Of a DNA stretch of 64,000 nucleotides, positions 55,227-64,000 are shown one piece after another. A model generated the notes under the pieces. The model was not told the origin of the DNA, did no database searches, and saw only the letters and a program-made list of their open reading frames with translations. A program made the translations under genes and the position numbers. Source of the stretch: Acidimicrobiales bacterium (GTDB lineage: Bacteria > Actinomycetota > Acidimicrobiia > Acidimicrobiales > Poriferisodalaceae); the NCBI GenBank assembly GCA_030743005.1, contig JASLTG010000013.1:762-64761 (forward strand), read 5' to 3'. Position 1 is the stretch's first letter. Every line of letters begins with the position of its first letter.

Positions 55227-56702
55227 TTACCTGTAAATCAAAGCGTCGTCGTCTAGATCAACTACAGGGAGTTCGTCTTTGTCTCTCCAATAATCTTGGG
55301 TGTGGCGCCACGGATCTACGGTGCCTTGTTTGGGCATCAAATGTATTGAGCGCATCAAATACCCGGGGTTAAAGTTTTCTGGATCAACCCAAGGAAGCAA
55401 TTCCATGTCTTCGTCCTCGGGTCGCAAAGCAGGAACAACGGTTTTTGCGTCCACATTGTCCATATGGTGCAGTAGTCGACACACATACTCAGCTATGAGA
55501 TCAGCGCGCAACGTCCAACTTGCTCTGAAGTAACCGAACACCCAAATCATGTTCGGTAAGCCAGTAAACATCATGCCCCGATACCCAACAGTGTTGGAGA
55601 AATCGAGGGGTTCTTCGTCAATGGTGAACGAAATATCGCCGAGAATGCTGAGGTCGAAACCGGTAGCTGTGACAATGATGTCTGCTTCGAGTACCTGACC
55701 GCTGGCTGTTTCGATGCCTGTTTCGGTGAAAGTTGCGATCTCATCGGTAACAACCGAGGCATCGCCTGCGGCTATGGAGTGGAAAAGATCACCGTCTGGA
55801 ATGAGCGCAATCCGTTGTTGCCAAGGCCGGTACGCGGGTTCAAAGTGTTCGGAGACGTCGTAGTCATCGCCCAAGATGTCTCTTACCCCGTTGTATAGCT
55901 CGTCTCGAACTAGGTCGGGATATTTGAACGACATCTCCACGATTTGTTCTTGATCAAAAAGGATTTTCTTTCGAACAATTTCGTGAGTCCACTCGTCTGG
56001 GATGTCTAGTTGCCGAAGAGTGTCCGCGAGTTCGTTGCTATTAGGTCGAGCTACGAAAAAGGTTGGTGACCTTTGTAACATCGTCACGTGCTCGGTTTTG
56101 TCCGCCATCGCAGGGATGAGAGTTGCTGCTGTGGCACCTGAGCCGATTACGACAACTTTTTTGTTGGTGTAGTCAAGGTCGTCGGGCCATGTTTGAGGGT
56201 GTACGACGGGTCCTTGAAAGCGGTCCATTCCTGGCCATTCAGGGGTGTAGGGGTCTGTATGTCTGTAATAGCCCTGACACATCCATAGGAATCCGCACGT
56301 GAAAGTAACTTGCTCCTTAGCGCCTTGTCGCTGGACTTTCAAAGTCCAATATTTGTCGTCGCTGGACCATTCAGCGGTTTCGATGGTGTGTTCGTACCTG
56401 ATGTGGGATGAGATGTCGTTTTCTTCGATGACCTCCCCCATGTAGTCCAAAATTTCTTCAGCGGTGGCGATTGGTGGGCCCGTCCAAGGTTTGAAGCCGT
56501 ATCCGAATGTGTACAGGTCGCTATCTGATCGAATTCCTGGATAGGTATGGGTCTTCCAAGTGCCACCGAAGCCGTCCATGGTCTCTAGAATCACGAAGCT
56601 TTTGTCTGGGCATTCTTTTTGTAGGTGGTAGGCGCCACCTATTCCAGAAATGCCTGCACCGACGATAAGGACGTCGAAGTGCTCGGTGGTTGTTTGATTC
56701 AT
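55227..56702 (-). CDS. type I Baeyer-Villiger / flavin-containing monooxygenase
   Basis: VLIVGAGISGIG (FAD), BVMO fingerprint FQGPVVHPQTWP, and VIGSGATA (NADPH). The ATG at 56702 is preferred over 56738. Confidence 0.85.
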   Translation of the reverse strand: MNQTTTEHFDVLIVGAGISGIGGAYHLQKECPDKSFVILETMDGFGGTWKTHTYPGIRSDSDLYTFGYGFKPWTGPPIATAEEILDYMGEVIEENDISSHIRYEHTIETAEWSSDDKYWTLKVQRQGAKEQVTFTCGFLWMCQGYYRHTDPYTPEWPGMDRFQGPVVHPQTWPDDLDYTNKKVVVIGSGATAATLIPAMADKTEHVTMLQRSPTFFVARPNSNELADTLRQLDIPDEWTHEIVRKKILFDQEQIVEMSFKYPDLVRDELYNGVRDILGDDYDVSEHFEPAYRPWQQRIALIPDGDLFHSIAAGDASVVTDEIATFTETGIETASGQVLEADIIVTATGFDLSILGDISFTIDEEPLDFSNTVGYRGMMFTGLPNMIWVFGYFRASWTLRADLIAEYVCRLLHHMDNVDAKTVVPALRPEDEDMELLPWVDPENFNPGYLMRSIHLMPKQGTVDPWRHTQDYWRDKDELPVVDLDDDALIYR

Positions 56703-56826
56703 ATCTCTAGGGTCGCCGATAGCGGGTGGTGGGAACAAATCGAATCTGGTATTGGTTTGAATTCAATGTGCATTAATTCCTAATAGCCACGACTCAGAAT
56801 AGATGAGTCCAGCGACTTTCAACGAG

Positions 56827-58203
56827 TCAGTCTTGCACGACGTGCTGAGCGAATTCGCTTAGTGAATCTTGCCACGCTTTCTGATTTATAAGCCCTGATG
56901 CATCGAGAGCCGCTGCCCCACGAGATCCCATGGCCAAGACGTGATGAAGATTGTCCGGCACTCCCAGGCCTTGACGACCAAGACTGACAACTCGTCCGGG
57001 CTCATGCAGCCAATTATCGATTACCTCCCGGGCGTCGACCGTGGAGTGTTCGTACACGGGATATACCGAAGGAAGTCGCCGGACCTCGACGTGGACATGG
57101 CCGGTCGACGGTAAACCTGCTCGCTGTAAATCCTCTTCGACTAATTGGCCGATGTCTTCTGAAGGCAGGTTCCAGATTTCATCATCGACCCAACAGGCCA
57201 ACTCAGCACACAGGACTGTTAAATCGTCGGGATCATCTCCGTCTCTGTAGTTCTTAGCTTCGGAAAGTCGCGCAGTTGTGATGTCCAATCCTGGGAAATA
57301 ATGGGCATCAAATGGTGTGTACTGACTCCGAGGAACCACTAAATGGGCGATGAGCATTCCACGTGTTCTTTGGCGGTCAATCGCCGTAACTAGTTCGGCA
57401 GGTGGGGGAGGGTCGAGTGTTTGGATAAGAGCATTAAGGGGAATAGATGAGAACACTGTGTTGACATCAATAGATGTGTTACCGCATGTGACTTCGACTC
57501 TGTCTTGTTTGGTTGTGACTTGTCGTGCTGGTGATCTCAATTCGAGTTTGACGCCTCGATCTATTGCTGTTTCTGCGAGCGATTCAGCTATCTGTCCGTA
57601 GCCCCGACGTGGATAATAAAAGATGCGGCCTTCTGGGCGTGATGCCCGGACAGCGTTCTTGATGATGTGCAGAGGCCCAGCTGCAGAAACGCGACGGTTG
57701 GATAGTTCCGTCGTGAGATGGCTTGGGTCTACCCCGTAAAGCTTCGTTGTGTAGGGACCATAAAATTCTCGGGCCACAGTTGGGCCCAGTCGCCGTTGGA
57801 TTTCAGATTCGAAATCAGATGTCCTGCTTGATCTAAGAGGCTTGGTTATCGTGTCGAATGCGACAGCACCGCTGAAACGAATTGGTAAATGTTTGATCAT
57901 GTCTAAGGTGCGAAGAGGAAACCCGATCCATTGGTTCTTAAGGCGAATCCGTCCGTGACGTTCGCGAGTTTGCAAATCATCCCCCAAGAGGGACTTGATG
58001 AGAGACATGATTTCGGGGTCGGTAGCGGGATGGAGTCGATGACTTCCGAAGTCGACTCGTTGCCCGGCGACCTCGAAACTCGCGGCCATACCGCCTACAC
58101 GGTCGGAAGCCTCAAAAATTGTGACTTCGTGGCCTTGTTCGCGGGCCTTCAACGCGGTCATGAGTCCGGCGGGTCCGGCTCCTAGTACTGCTATGTCACT
58201 CAT
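56827..58203 (-). CDS. FAD-dependent oxidoreductase (amine-oxidase / phytoene-desaturase-like fold)
   Basis: IAVLGAGPAGLMTA..VTIFEASDRVGGMA dinucleotide-binding motif. Confidence 0.75.
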   Translation of the reverse strand: MSDIAVLGAGPAGLMTALKAREQGHEVTIFEASDRVGGMAASFEVAGQRVDFGSHRLHPATDPEIMSLIKSLLGDDLQTRERHGRIRLKNQWIGFPLRTLDMIKHLPIRFSGAVAFDTITKPLRSSRTSDFESEIQRRLGPTVAREFYGPYTTKLYGVDPSHLTTELSNRRVSAAGPLHIIKNAVRASRPEGRIFYYPRRGYGQIAESLAETAIDRGVKLELRSPARQVTTKQDRVEVTCGNTSIDVNTVFSSIPLNALIQTLDPPPPAELVTAIDRQRTRGMLIAHLVVPRSQYTPFDAHYFPGLDITTARLSEAKNYRDGDDPDDLTVLCAELACWVDDEIWNLPSEDIGQLVEEDLQRAGLPSTGHVHVEVRRLPSVYPVYEHSTVDAREVIDNWLHEPGRVVSLGRQGLGVPDNLHHVLAMGSRGAAALDASGLINQKAWQDSLSEFAQHVVQD

Positions 58204-58293
58204 GTATCCGCTCCTTAGCTGACAATAGAAGCATGTTTCTGCGATATTGGGATTGACGGCAGGCCACAGTAACGACGTAAGGTAGTCCTTACT

Positions 58294-59331
58294 ATGACCG
58301 TACAGACTCCCAATATGTTTGAGCCAAGTGGAATTTCAACATTTCGCCGAGAGTTTGGATCACCGGCGGTTGCGGTGACGGGTGCCGCAGGGTTTATTGG
58401 TTCTCATCTTGTTGAGCGGTTACTCCACTTGGGTTGTTCGGTTATTGGTATCGATGACTTTGATCCGTGGTATGACCCGACCCAGAAGAGACGGAATCTC
58501 CTGGACGTGGTGGGAAATCCTAATTTCGAACTTGTCGATAGCGCCTTGGATCATGCGACGGCGCGCGAAGCGTTCAGTCAGTCGTCAATCGTGTTTCATT
58601 TGGCAGGCCGTCCAGGCGTGCAAGATTCATGGGGTGAGGGGTTTGTCGAAAGCTCCAGGCGAAATGTTGAACTCACTCAACGGGTCTTTGAAACCTCGCT
58701 TGAGTGTGAGGTCTCACGAGTTGTGTACGCCTCCAGTTCATCTATCTATGGATCTGGAGCAACGAGTCTTGAGGTCTCACCTGAACCTCGACCGATTAGT
58801 CCTTACGGTGTGAGCAAGCTGGTAGGTGAACAACTAGCTCACGTGTACCGAAATCAAGGACTGCAAGTAACAAATTTGCGGTATTTCACGGTCTATGGTC
58901 CTCGGCAGCGACCTGACATGGCGATGCATCGAATGTTTGAATCAACAAAGCCCGATGGGCCGGTATTCGTGCGTCGTGGTGATGGGCGCCAACGTCGCGA
59001 GTTCACCTATGTCAGCGATGTGGTTGGTGCCACGGTTGCAGCTGGGTTCGTTACTGCAGCCGCTAATGAGACGTTCGATGTTGGGGGAGGATCCTCAGTG
59101 TCGCTTCAGGACGTAATGGCCATAGTGGAGCAATTATCGGGTACCGCAATGCGAACAGAAAATGTTGCTACACCTGCTGGTGACCCAGCTACGACTGTTG
59201 CGCGCACGAACAAGACCAGCGAAGTGCTGGGTTGGTTACCCGAGGTTGAACTCGTTGAAGGACTTCGACGGCAGTGGGAGTGGCATCGTCAAAGGGTGTT
59301 GTCGGAAGCGCCGCTCTTGGTAGCGGATTGA
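58294..59331 (+). CDS. NAD-dependent nucleotide-sugar epimerase/dehydratase
   Basis: VTGAAGFIGSHLVERL, SSSSIYG, and YGVSKLVGE (YxxxK). Confidence 0.85.
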   Translation: MTVQTPNMFEPSGISTFRREFGSPAVAVTGAAGFIGSHLVERLLHLGCSVIGIDDFDPWYDPTQKRRNLLDVVGNPNFELVDSALDHATAREAFSQSSIVFHLAGRPGVQDSWGEGFVESSRRNVELTQRVFETSLECEVSRVVYASSSSIYGSGATSLEVSPEPRPISPYGVSKLVGEQLAHVYRNQGLQVTNLRYFTVYGPRQRPDMAMHRMFESTKPDGPVFVRRGDGRQRREFTYVSDVVGATVAAGFVTAAANETFDVGGGSSVSLQDVMAIVEQLSGTAMRTENVATPAGDPATTVARTNKTSEVLGWLPEVELVEGLRRQWEWHRQRVLSEAPLLVAD

Positions 59332-60707
59332 GATTCAGATTTTGGACTGACTCGGTTCCAAACCCACCAGCACCCCACGATCAGTGCCGCGCTCCAAATA
59401 GCTGTTAAGAAGTGATCTGCCGCGGACATTACTTGGTGATCAGGTAACAACACGCTCCAAAGTCGGTACCACGGGTTAGTTGTGCGCTCGAAGTCAACTA
59501 TGAGTGTGTGTCTGCCAGTTGAGGTTTCAAAAACGAGCCATAGCCAAGAAATGGTTCCAAGCAGAGAAGTCAGGATCACTGCTTGAAAAGCACGCCGGTT
59601 ATTGTCAACCGCAGCCGCGAGCAAAATGACAACCAAGGGAAGGATCGGAACTATCTGCCGACCAGACCACCACCACCCATGCATAGTCAAGGCAACCCAG
59701 GTAGCGATGCCCCAGCAAACCGCGCACAGACTCATGACGAGTTGCCAATGTTCATCTCTGCGACGGACGGTTCGGGTGATCACTAAAGGAAGCATCAGAT
59801 AGGTAGGAGTCCAAGCAGCGATACCAAATCTGCGATCAACAATTAGACCCAGAAGACGCCTTGTGCGGCCTGCGTAGTTGGGTGAGTTACCAACAACGAC
59901 CCACTCGCTGTTAACGAAATGATCTCCAGTCGCATACACCGTCCAACTCCCGTAGATCCGATGATGAACTACCAGATAGATCACAGCGGACAACACAAGA
60001 GCGAACAACTGAAGGTTCAGCGTCGGATCACGTAACGATTTTTTGTTCCAAATCAAAAAAATAGCGAGCACTGCGGCCAAAGGAACGTATTTGATCCCTA
60101 GCCATGGCAAACAAACCATCATCGCGACTGCGATCCATGACCAAGGTTTGGACGACGTTGAAGTGATCCCTGCGACCCCTAGGACAACGCAAAGCGCAGC
60201 GGGCATCGCTGGATACACCTGAGACCCATAACTTGTGAGGGGAGATGCACAGAAAAGGGCAGTGACAACGCACGCCGCAGTTGAGGTCCCTACGTTGAAT
60301 CGGCGCACTGCTAACCACAAAGTTGCGGCTGCTGTGATACCAGCAATTAGGGAGAGGGCGGCTTTTGCTAATTCCCACCCGCCGAGTTTCATTGGTATCG
60401 CTAGCAGTAACGGCAGGAGGGGGTCGTGAGGGCTGATCTTCAAACCTGCGTCATCGAGTGCGATTGTTTGCGGGTTTAGGTTCACTTCATGAAAATCACG
60501 GAACTGTCCAGCTTCAAGTTCGTCTGAAATGTCTAAGTCGAAATCTTCCCCGAGACTGAGGGCAGTAATGAGGTACTGAGGTTCATCTGCTGTTACCTGA
60601 GCGTTGTAGGTGGCCCGAGCCTGAATGCTGAGTGCAGCAACAAGCGTTACGGACAGCGTCACCACGAACATGAGCCCAGTGAGACGTCCGCTCCTAGGGT
60701 TCATCAT
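59289..60707 (-). CDS. polytopic membrane protein, candidate GT-C-fold glycosyltransferase
   Basis: About 12 TM helices, with an ADEPQYLITALSL..D.DLD motif in the first extracytoplasmic loop resembling the DE/DxD loop of ArnT/PMT-type enzymes. Confidence 0.5.
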   Translation of the reverse strand: MMNPRSGRLTGLMFVVTLSVTLVAALSIQARATYNAQVTADEPQYLITALSLGEDFDLDISDELEAGQFRDFHEVNLNPQTIALDDAGLKISPHDPLLPLLLAIPMKLGGWELAKAALSLIAGITAAATLWLAVRRFNVGTSTAACVVTALFCASPLTSYGSQVYPAMPAALCVVLGVAGITSTSSKPWSWIAVAMMVCLPWLGIKYVPLAAVLAIFLIWNKKSLRDPTLNLQLFALVLSAVIYLVVHHRIYGSWTVYATGDHFVNSEWVVVGNSPNYAGRTRRLLGLIVDRRFGIAAWTPTYLMLPLVITRTVRRRDEHWQLVMSLCAVCWGIATWVALTMHGWWWSGRQIVPILPLVVILLAAAVDNNRRAFQAVILTSLLGTISWLWLVFETSTGRHTLIVDFERTTNPWYRLWSVLLPDHQVMSAADHFLTAIWSAALIVGCWWVWNRVSPKSESQSATKSGASDNTL

Positions 60708-60711
60708 GTCC

Positions 60712-62304
60712 TTAGAGGTGGTCAGCGCGTCGGAGCACTAGGAACCACGATAGAAGCGCGGACAAGCAAACGAGCACCACTGCCATGATTCCTGCTTCTG
60801 CTACGAAGGCATCTTCAAAGGAGCCAAAAATACGGGTCGTCAATGTCGGGAAACCGATAGGTGCGACTATCAGACTTATCGGCAATTCTTTCATCGTGGA
60901 CAAGATGACCAAACCACCAGCAGCTAGCAGGCCAGGTCGCATGACAGGCAGATCGACGCTACGGAAGCGCCGCCACCTATCAGCACCGAGTGTTGAAGCC
61001 GCGTCATGAAGACCATCAGGCACCGTCTTGACGGCGACCAAAGCAGTTCCCATGGCCAGCGAAGCGAAGCGAACTACATAGGCGAAGATGAGCAGTGCCA
61101 TTGAGTCGTACAACAGGTCCCCGAAGAAACCTGACCGGATTGTCCAAAATCGAAGCGAAAGAGCGATCAAAATACCGGGTACCGCGAAGGTCGCGATCAC
61201 TACTGAATGTGTCATGCGTCCGATTCGGTCGCGATAGCGACCCACTAGGAAAGCGATTGGTGTCACGGCCATGATCGCCACGAAACCAGTAACGACACTT
61301 GAGGACAGCGTATTTGTCGCTGCCTCTATCACTTTTGAGGGGTCAATTGTCAAAGGGCGACCCCCTCGCTGCGTTCGCAGTAGGCCGTCAGCTGCCCAGT
61401 CAACCAGTGCCGCGGTTGGTGCCAACACGGCAAACACCAATGTTGCACCGACCAAAGCTGTGGCAGCGGCTTTCCATCGACCCAACATATATGTCATCGG
61501 TTGTGACGCCCGGCGACTCTTTACCTCCGGCAAACGACGACTCACTGACCTTTCGGCCAAAACGACTAGGCCAGCAAAAATCAACAAGATCAGACTTAAG
61601 GCGAACGCCATGGGAGGACGAGCCAGATAATTGGACTCAATTGCCCTGGTCAGCGTGTCGTATCGCATTAGTTGCACAGCACCGAAGTCACTGATTGTGT
61701 ACAAGAACACCAAGAGCGTTCCAGCAGTCAACGATCCCGATATTTGACGCAACACGATTCGACGAAAAGCCTGGGGAGCGGAGTCACCCAAAATGAGTGC
61801 GCTTTGCTCAAACGAACCGGGCAGTTGACGTAGACGAGCAGCCACCGGCAGATACACGTACGGATAGCAGAACAGCGTCAACACAAACCAGGCACCGAAG
61901 AGGCCGCGAAGTTCAGGAGTCTCGTTTATACCAATTGACCCGAACATGTCATTTGCTAGCCCACCTGGATTCAGAGTTCTAATGAATGCTGCTGCTCCTA
62001 TGAAAGTTGGAAACACCAACGGTATTGGGAGGAGTACGCGCCACAGTCGCCGGAAAGGAAGATCAGTTCTGGTTGTGCACCAAGCCAGCGCGGTGCCTAA
62101 GCCTGCTGCTGATAACGACACCAGAACTGCGAGCCGAACTGTCCGCCAAAACGGCTCCAATGTTTCATTAGCGAGGAGTAAACCCAAAGGGTCAGCTCCA
62201 GACGTAAAGTTTCTCCAAATTAGGTACAACCCTGGAAAAGCGAACGCTAGGGAGCAAATCAGGCCAAAAACCCGGAGTTCCCTTGGCGCTCGCGTTTGGG
62301 TCAT
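60712..62304 (-). CDS. ABC transporter permease, duplicated (FbpB/iron(III)-type)
   Basis: 530 aa with two MalFG-type permease halves, each with an EAA-like loop (SALILGDSAPQAFRRI, AASTLGADRWRRFRSV). Confidence 0.85.
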   Translation of the reverse strand: MTQTRAPRELRVFGLICSLAFAFPGLYLIWRNFTSGADPLGLLLANETLEPFWRTVRLAVLVSLSAAGLGTALAWCTTRTDLPFRRLWRVLLPIPLVFPTFIGAAAFIRTLNPGGLANDMFGSIGINETPELRGLFGAWFVLTLFCYPYVYLPVAARLRQLPGSFEQSALILGDSAPQAFRRIVLRQISGSLTAGTLLVFLYTISDFGAVQLMRYDTLTRAIESNYLARPPMAFALSLILLIFAGLVVLAERSVSRRLPEVKSRRASQPMTYMLGRWKAAATALVGATLVFAVLAPTAALVDWAADGLLRTQRGGRPLTIDPSKVIEAATNTLSSSVVTGFVAIMAVTPIAFLVGRYRDRIGRMTHSVVIATFAVPGILIALSLRFWTIRSGFFGDLLYDSMALLIFAYVVRFASLAMGTALVAVKTVPDGLHDAASTLGADRWRRFRSVDLPVMRPGLLAAGGLVILSTMKELPISLIVAPIGFPTLTTRIFGSFEDAFVAEAGIMAVVLVCLSALLSWFLVLRRADHL

Positions 62305-63368
62305 TGATTCTGTATACCGCTCGCTTCGATGATTTTGGCGGTTTCTTCAAAGCCGCCACCCAAAGCATCGAAATCGACCGAACCGATTTCCAACGCTGAG
62401 AGTTTCGGCAGCGCCGCGTTGGGTTGGACGCCCGCTGCGAGTGGATATTCGAAGGTTCTGTTAGTGAAGTAGCTCTGCACTGGTCCTGTCAGGAGGTATG
62501 CAAGTAGTTCGTTTGCCGCCTCGGAATTCTCCGCCGAATCCAAGACAGTGGCAGCAGTAATGATGAGGAGAGAACCAATGTCGTTGTCATCAAGGTCGTG
62601 GTTTCGCGCCCGGTGCTCATCTCCAGCGGCTGCCACTTCTTGATAGTTGTAGTAGTGGTTCACAAGGCCCATCTCTATTTCGCCACGACCCGCTGCTTCG
62701 ACAATTGAGCGGTTGTTTGGGTAGTAACGGGCGTCGTTGTCCACCATATCGTTCAACCACTGAGCGGCTACGTCAGTTCCATATTGGTCACGAAAGACAG
62801 TGAACCAATCAACGAAAGAACCGTTGGTCCCTGGGATTGCTACTTTGCCTCGCCACTTCTCTTCGGTCAGGTCAAACACAGAAGATGGGAGTTCTGCATC
62901 TGGTACAAGATCAATGTTGTGGACAAGAACTCGCTTTCGGCCAGAGAATCCGATCCAGGAACCTTCGGCCGACCTGTTTTCTTCACCAACGAGGTTGAGG
63001 ACTGAGTCGTCAATGGTGCCAAGAAGACCCTTTGATTCAAGAAAACCGACTGGCCCCGGTGAACGACTTAGAAAAACGTCAGCGGGACTGCGTTTCCCTT
63101 CTTCGTCAATCAGAAGAGCGAGCTGTGTCGAACTGCCCCAGCGGACCTGAACGCTGATGCCCGTCGCGCATGCGAAAGCCTCGAGGACAGGCTCGATGAG
63201 GTTTTCAGTACGACCTGAGTAAATAGTGACCTCTTTACCCGAACCGTCTACACATTCTTCGGGGTTAATTTCTGCGGCTAACCCGTCGATTTGTAGTTGG
63301 TCGGAGCCGCCGCACGCGGCGGCGACCAAGGTGAATGTTATGAGGAGGGGGAGTAAGCGGTTCAGCAT
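62301..63368 (-). CDS. ABC transporter substrate-binding lipoprotein (FbpA/iron(III)-like, SBP family 1)
   Basis: Lipobox LVAAACGG, TIYSGRTENLIEPVLEAF, and HYYNY. It overlaps the permease start by 4 nt. Confidence 0.8.
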   Translation of the reverse strand: MLNRLLPLLITFTLVAAACGGSDQLQIDGLAAEINPEECVDGSGKEVTIYSGRTENLIEPVLEAFACATGISVQVRWGSSTQLALLIDEEGKRSPADVFLSRSPGPVGFLESKGLLGTIDDSVLNLVGEENRSAEGSWIGFSGRKRVLVHNIDLVPDAELPSSVFDLTEEKWRGKVAIPGTNGSFVDWFTVFRDQYGTDVAAQWLNDMVDNDARYYPNNRSIVEAAGRGEIEMGLVNHYYNYQEVAAAGDEHRARNHDLDDNDIGSLLIITAATVLDSAENSEAANELLAYLLTGPVQSYFTNRTFEYPLAAGVQPNAALPKLSALEIGSVDFDALGGGFEETAKIIEASGIQNQ

Positions 63369-63434
63369 AATCTGTAAACCTATCCACTCTTGAGGAAAGA
63401 TGTAAAGCCTGCTTTACGTCGTAGAGTGTGTGAC

Positions 63435-64000
63435 ATGAACTTCATGTCGATGTTGCGAGGGCGTTTATCGACAAAAGCCATCGTTTTTGTTGGTGTCGTC
63501 GTTGGTCTAGCAGCGGCGCTTGTCGTTGTGCCCAACGTTGATGGATCAGCTTTTCGACAAGCAGCCCAGCAGGCTGCGGACCAACCAGCCGGAGTTATCG
63601 GTGCTCTCGCTGCGTTCGGAATAGCCTTTGTTCTGAGAGCTATTGCCTGGCAACGCGTCTTGCCTGGACTGCCATTTAGCCAAGCCCTGGCAGCTATCCA
63701 TTTGTCGCTGGGGGCGAACCATGTGTTGCCCTTCCGATTAGGGGAACCACTGCGCGTGATAAGTGTGGTTCGCCGTCACCGCGTCGGAATCGAAGCCGCG
63801 ACCGTCTCCACAATCACGCTTCGTTCAGCAGACATGCTCGCAGTTGTTGGTTTGGGTGCGCTCGTTGCCCCGAGCGCTTTTTTCGGTTTAGTTGGTTTGG
63901 CTGGATGGCTCCTGCTTGCCGTGGTCGTCGGAGTGGCATTAGTTGGATGGCGATGGCTATCCAAGGTCGCTCAACGGCGGCCAGATGTTGTGCGACCCGG
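63435..64000 (+). CDS. flippase-like / LPG-synthase-TM (UPF0104) membrane protein, 3' end outside window
   Basis: The ATG ORF is open to the window edge and absent from the track. RAIAWQRVL...GANHVLPFRLGEPLRV matches the family motif as I recall it. Confidence 0.6.
   Translation, partial: MNFMSMLRGRLSTKAIVFVGVVVGLAAALVVVPNVDGSAFRQAAQQAADQPAGVIGALAAFGIAFVLRAIAWQRVLPGLPFSQALAAIHLSLGANHVLPFRLGEPLRVISVVRRHRVGIEAATVSTITLRSADMLAVVGLGALVAPSAFFGLVGLAGWLLLAVVVGVALVGWRWLSKVAQRRPDVVRP

Overview
Dense chromosomal core segment of about 70 genes and 3 tRNAs. I saw no transposase, integrase, CRISPR array or rRNA. The source is almost certainly an actinobacterium of moderate GC. Supporting this are three WhiB-family genes, a DivIVA-domain gene, the ask-asd pair, the PDZ/Lon-like protease + UPF0182 + DUF2342 neighbourhood known from mycobacteria, and GSI plus GSII glutamine synthetases. 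All functional calls come from motifs I recognised by eye in the supplied translations; no database search was run. Main points: (1) Two track ORFs (53307..53777 and 53865..54590) are one 427-aa gene interrupted only by an in-frame TGA. It reads as a GrdB/PrdB-family selenoprotein with a U-P-V-C motif and a plausible SECIS hairpin. The window also carries selA-selB (10253..13216) and a tRNA-Sec with a UCA anticodon (29082..29177). (2) An MFS transporter, a BBOX/TmpA/PhnY*-like Fe(II)/2OG dioxygenase and a PhnZ/TmpB-like HD-domain protein (48422..51550) look like an oxidative C-P cleavage (phosphonate catabolism) cassette. The cassette ends at an initiator tRNA-Met, and its 5' end carries a 27-bp tandem repeat plus a reiterated 10-nt motif. 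(3) A DUF1326/DUF2182 pair of unknown function has a Met/Asp-rich tail and is divergent from the selenoprotein gene. (4) A translationally coupled three-gene operon of unknown function encodes a ferritin-like diiron protein. (5) For two conserved proteins (MreB and a 2Fe-2S/molybdo-hydroxylase-like fusion) the conserved N-terminus lies upstream of any ATG/GTG/TTG. Each has a strong Shine-Dalgarno in front of a CTG or ATC codon. Most other ORFs in the track that overlap these genes on the opposite strand or in other frames are treated as artefacts.
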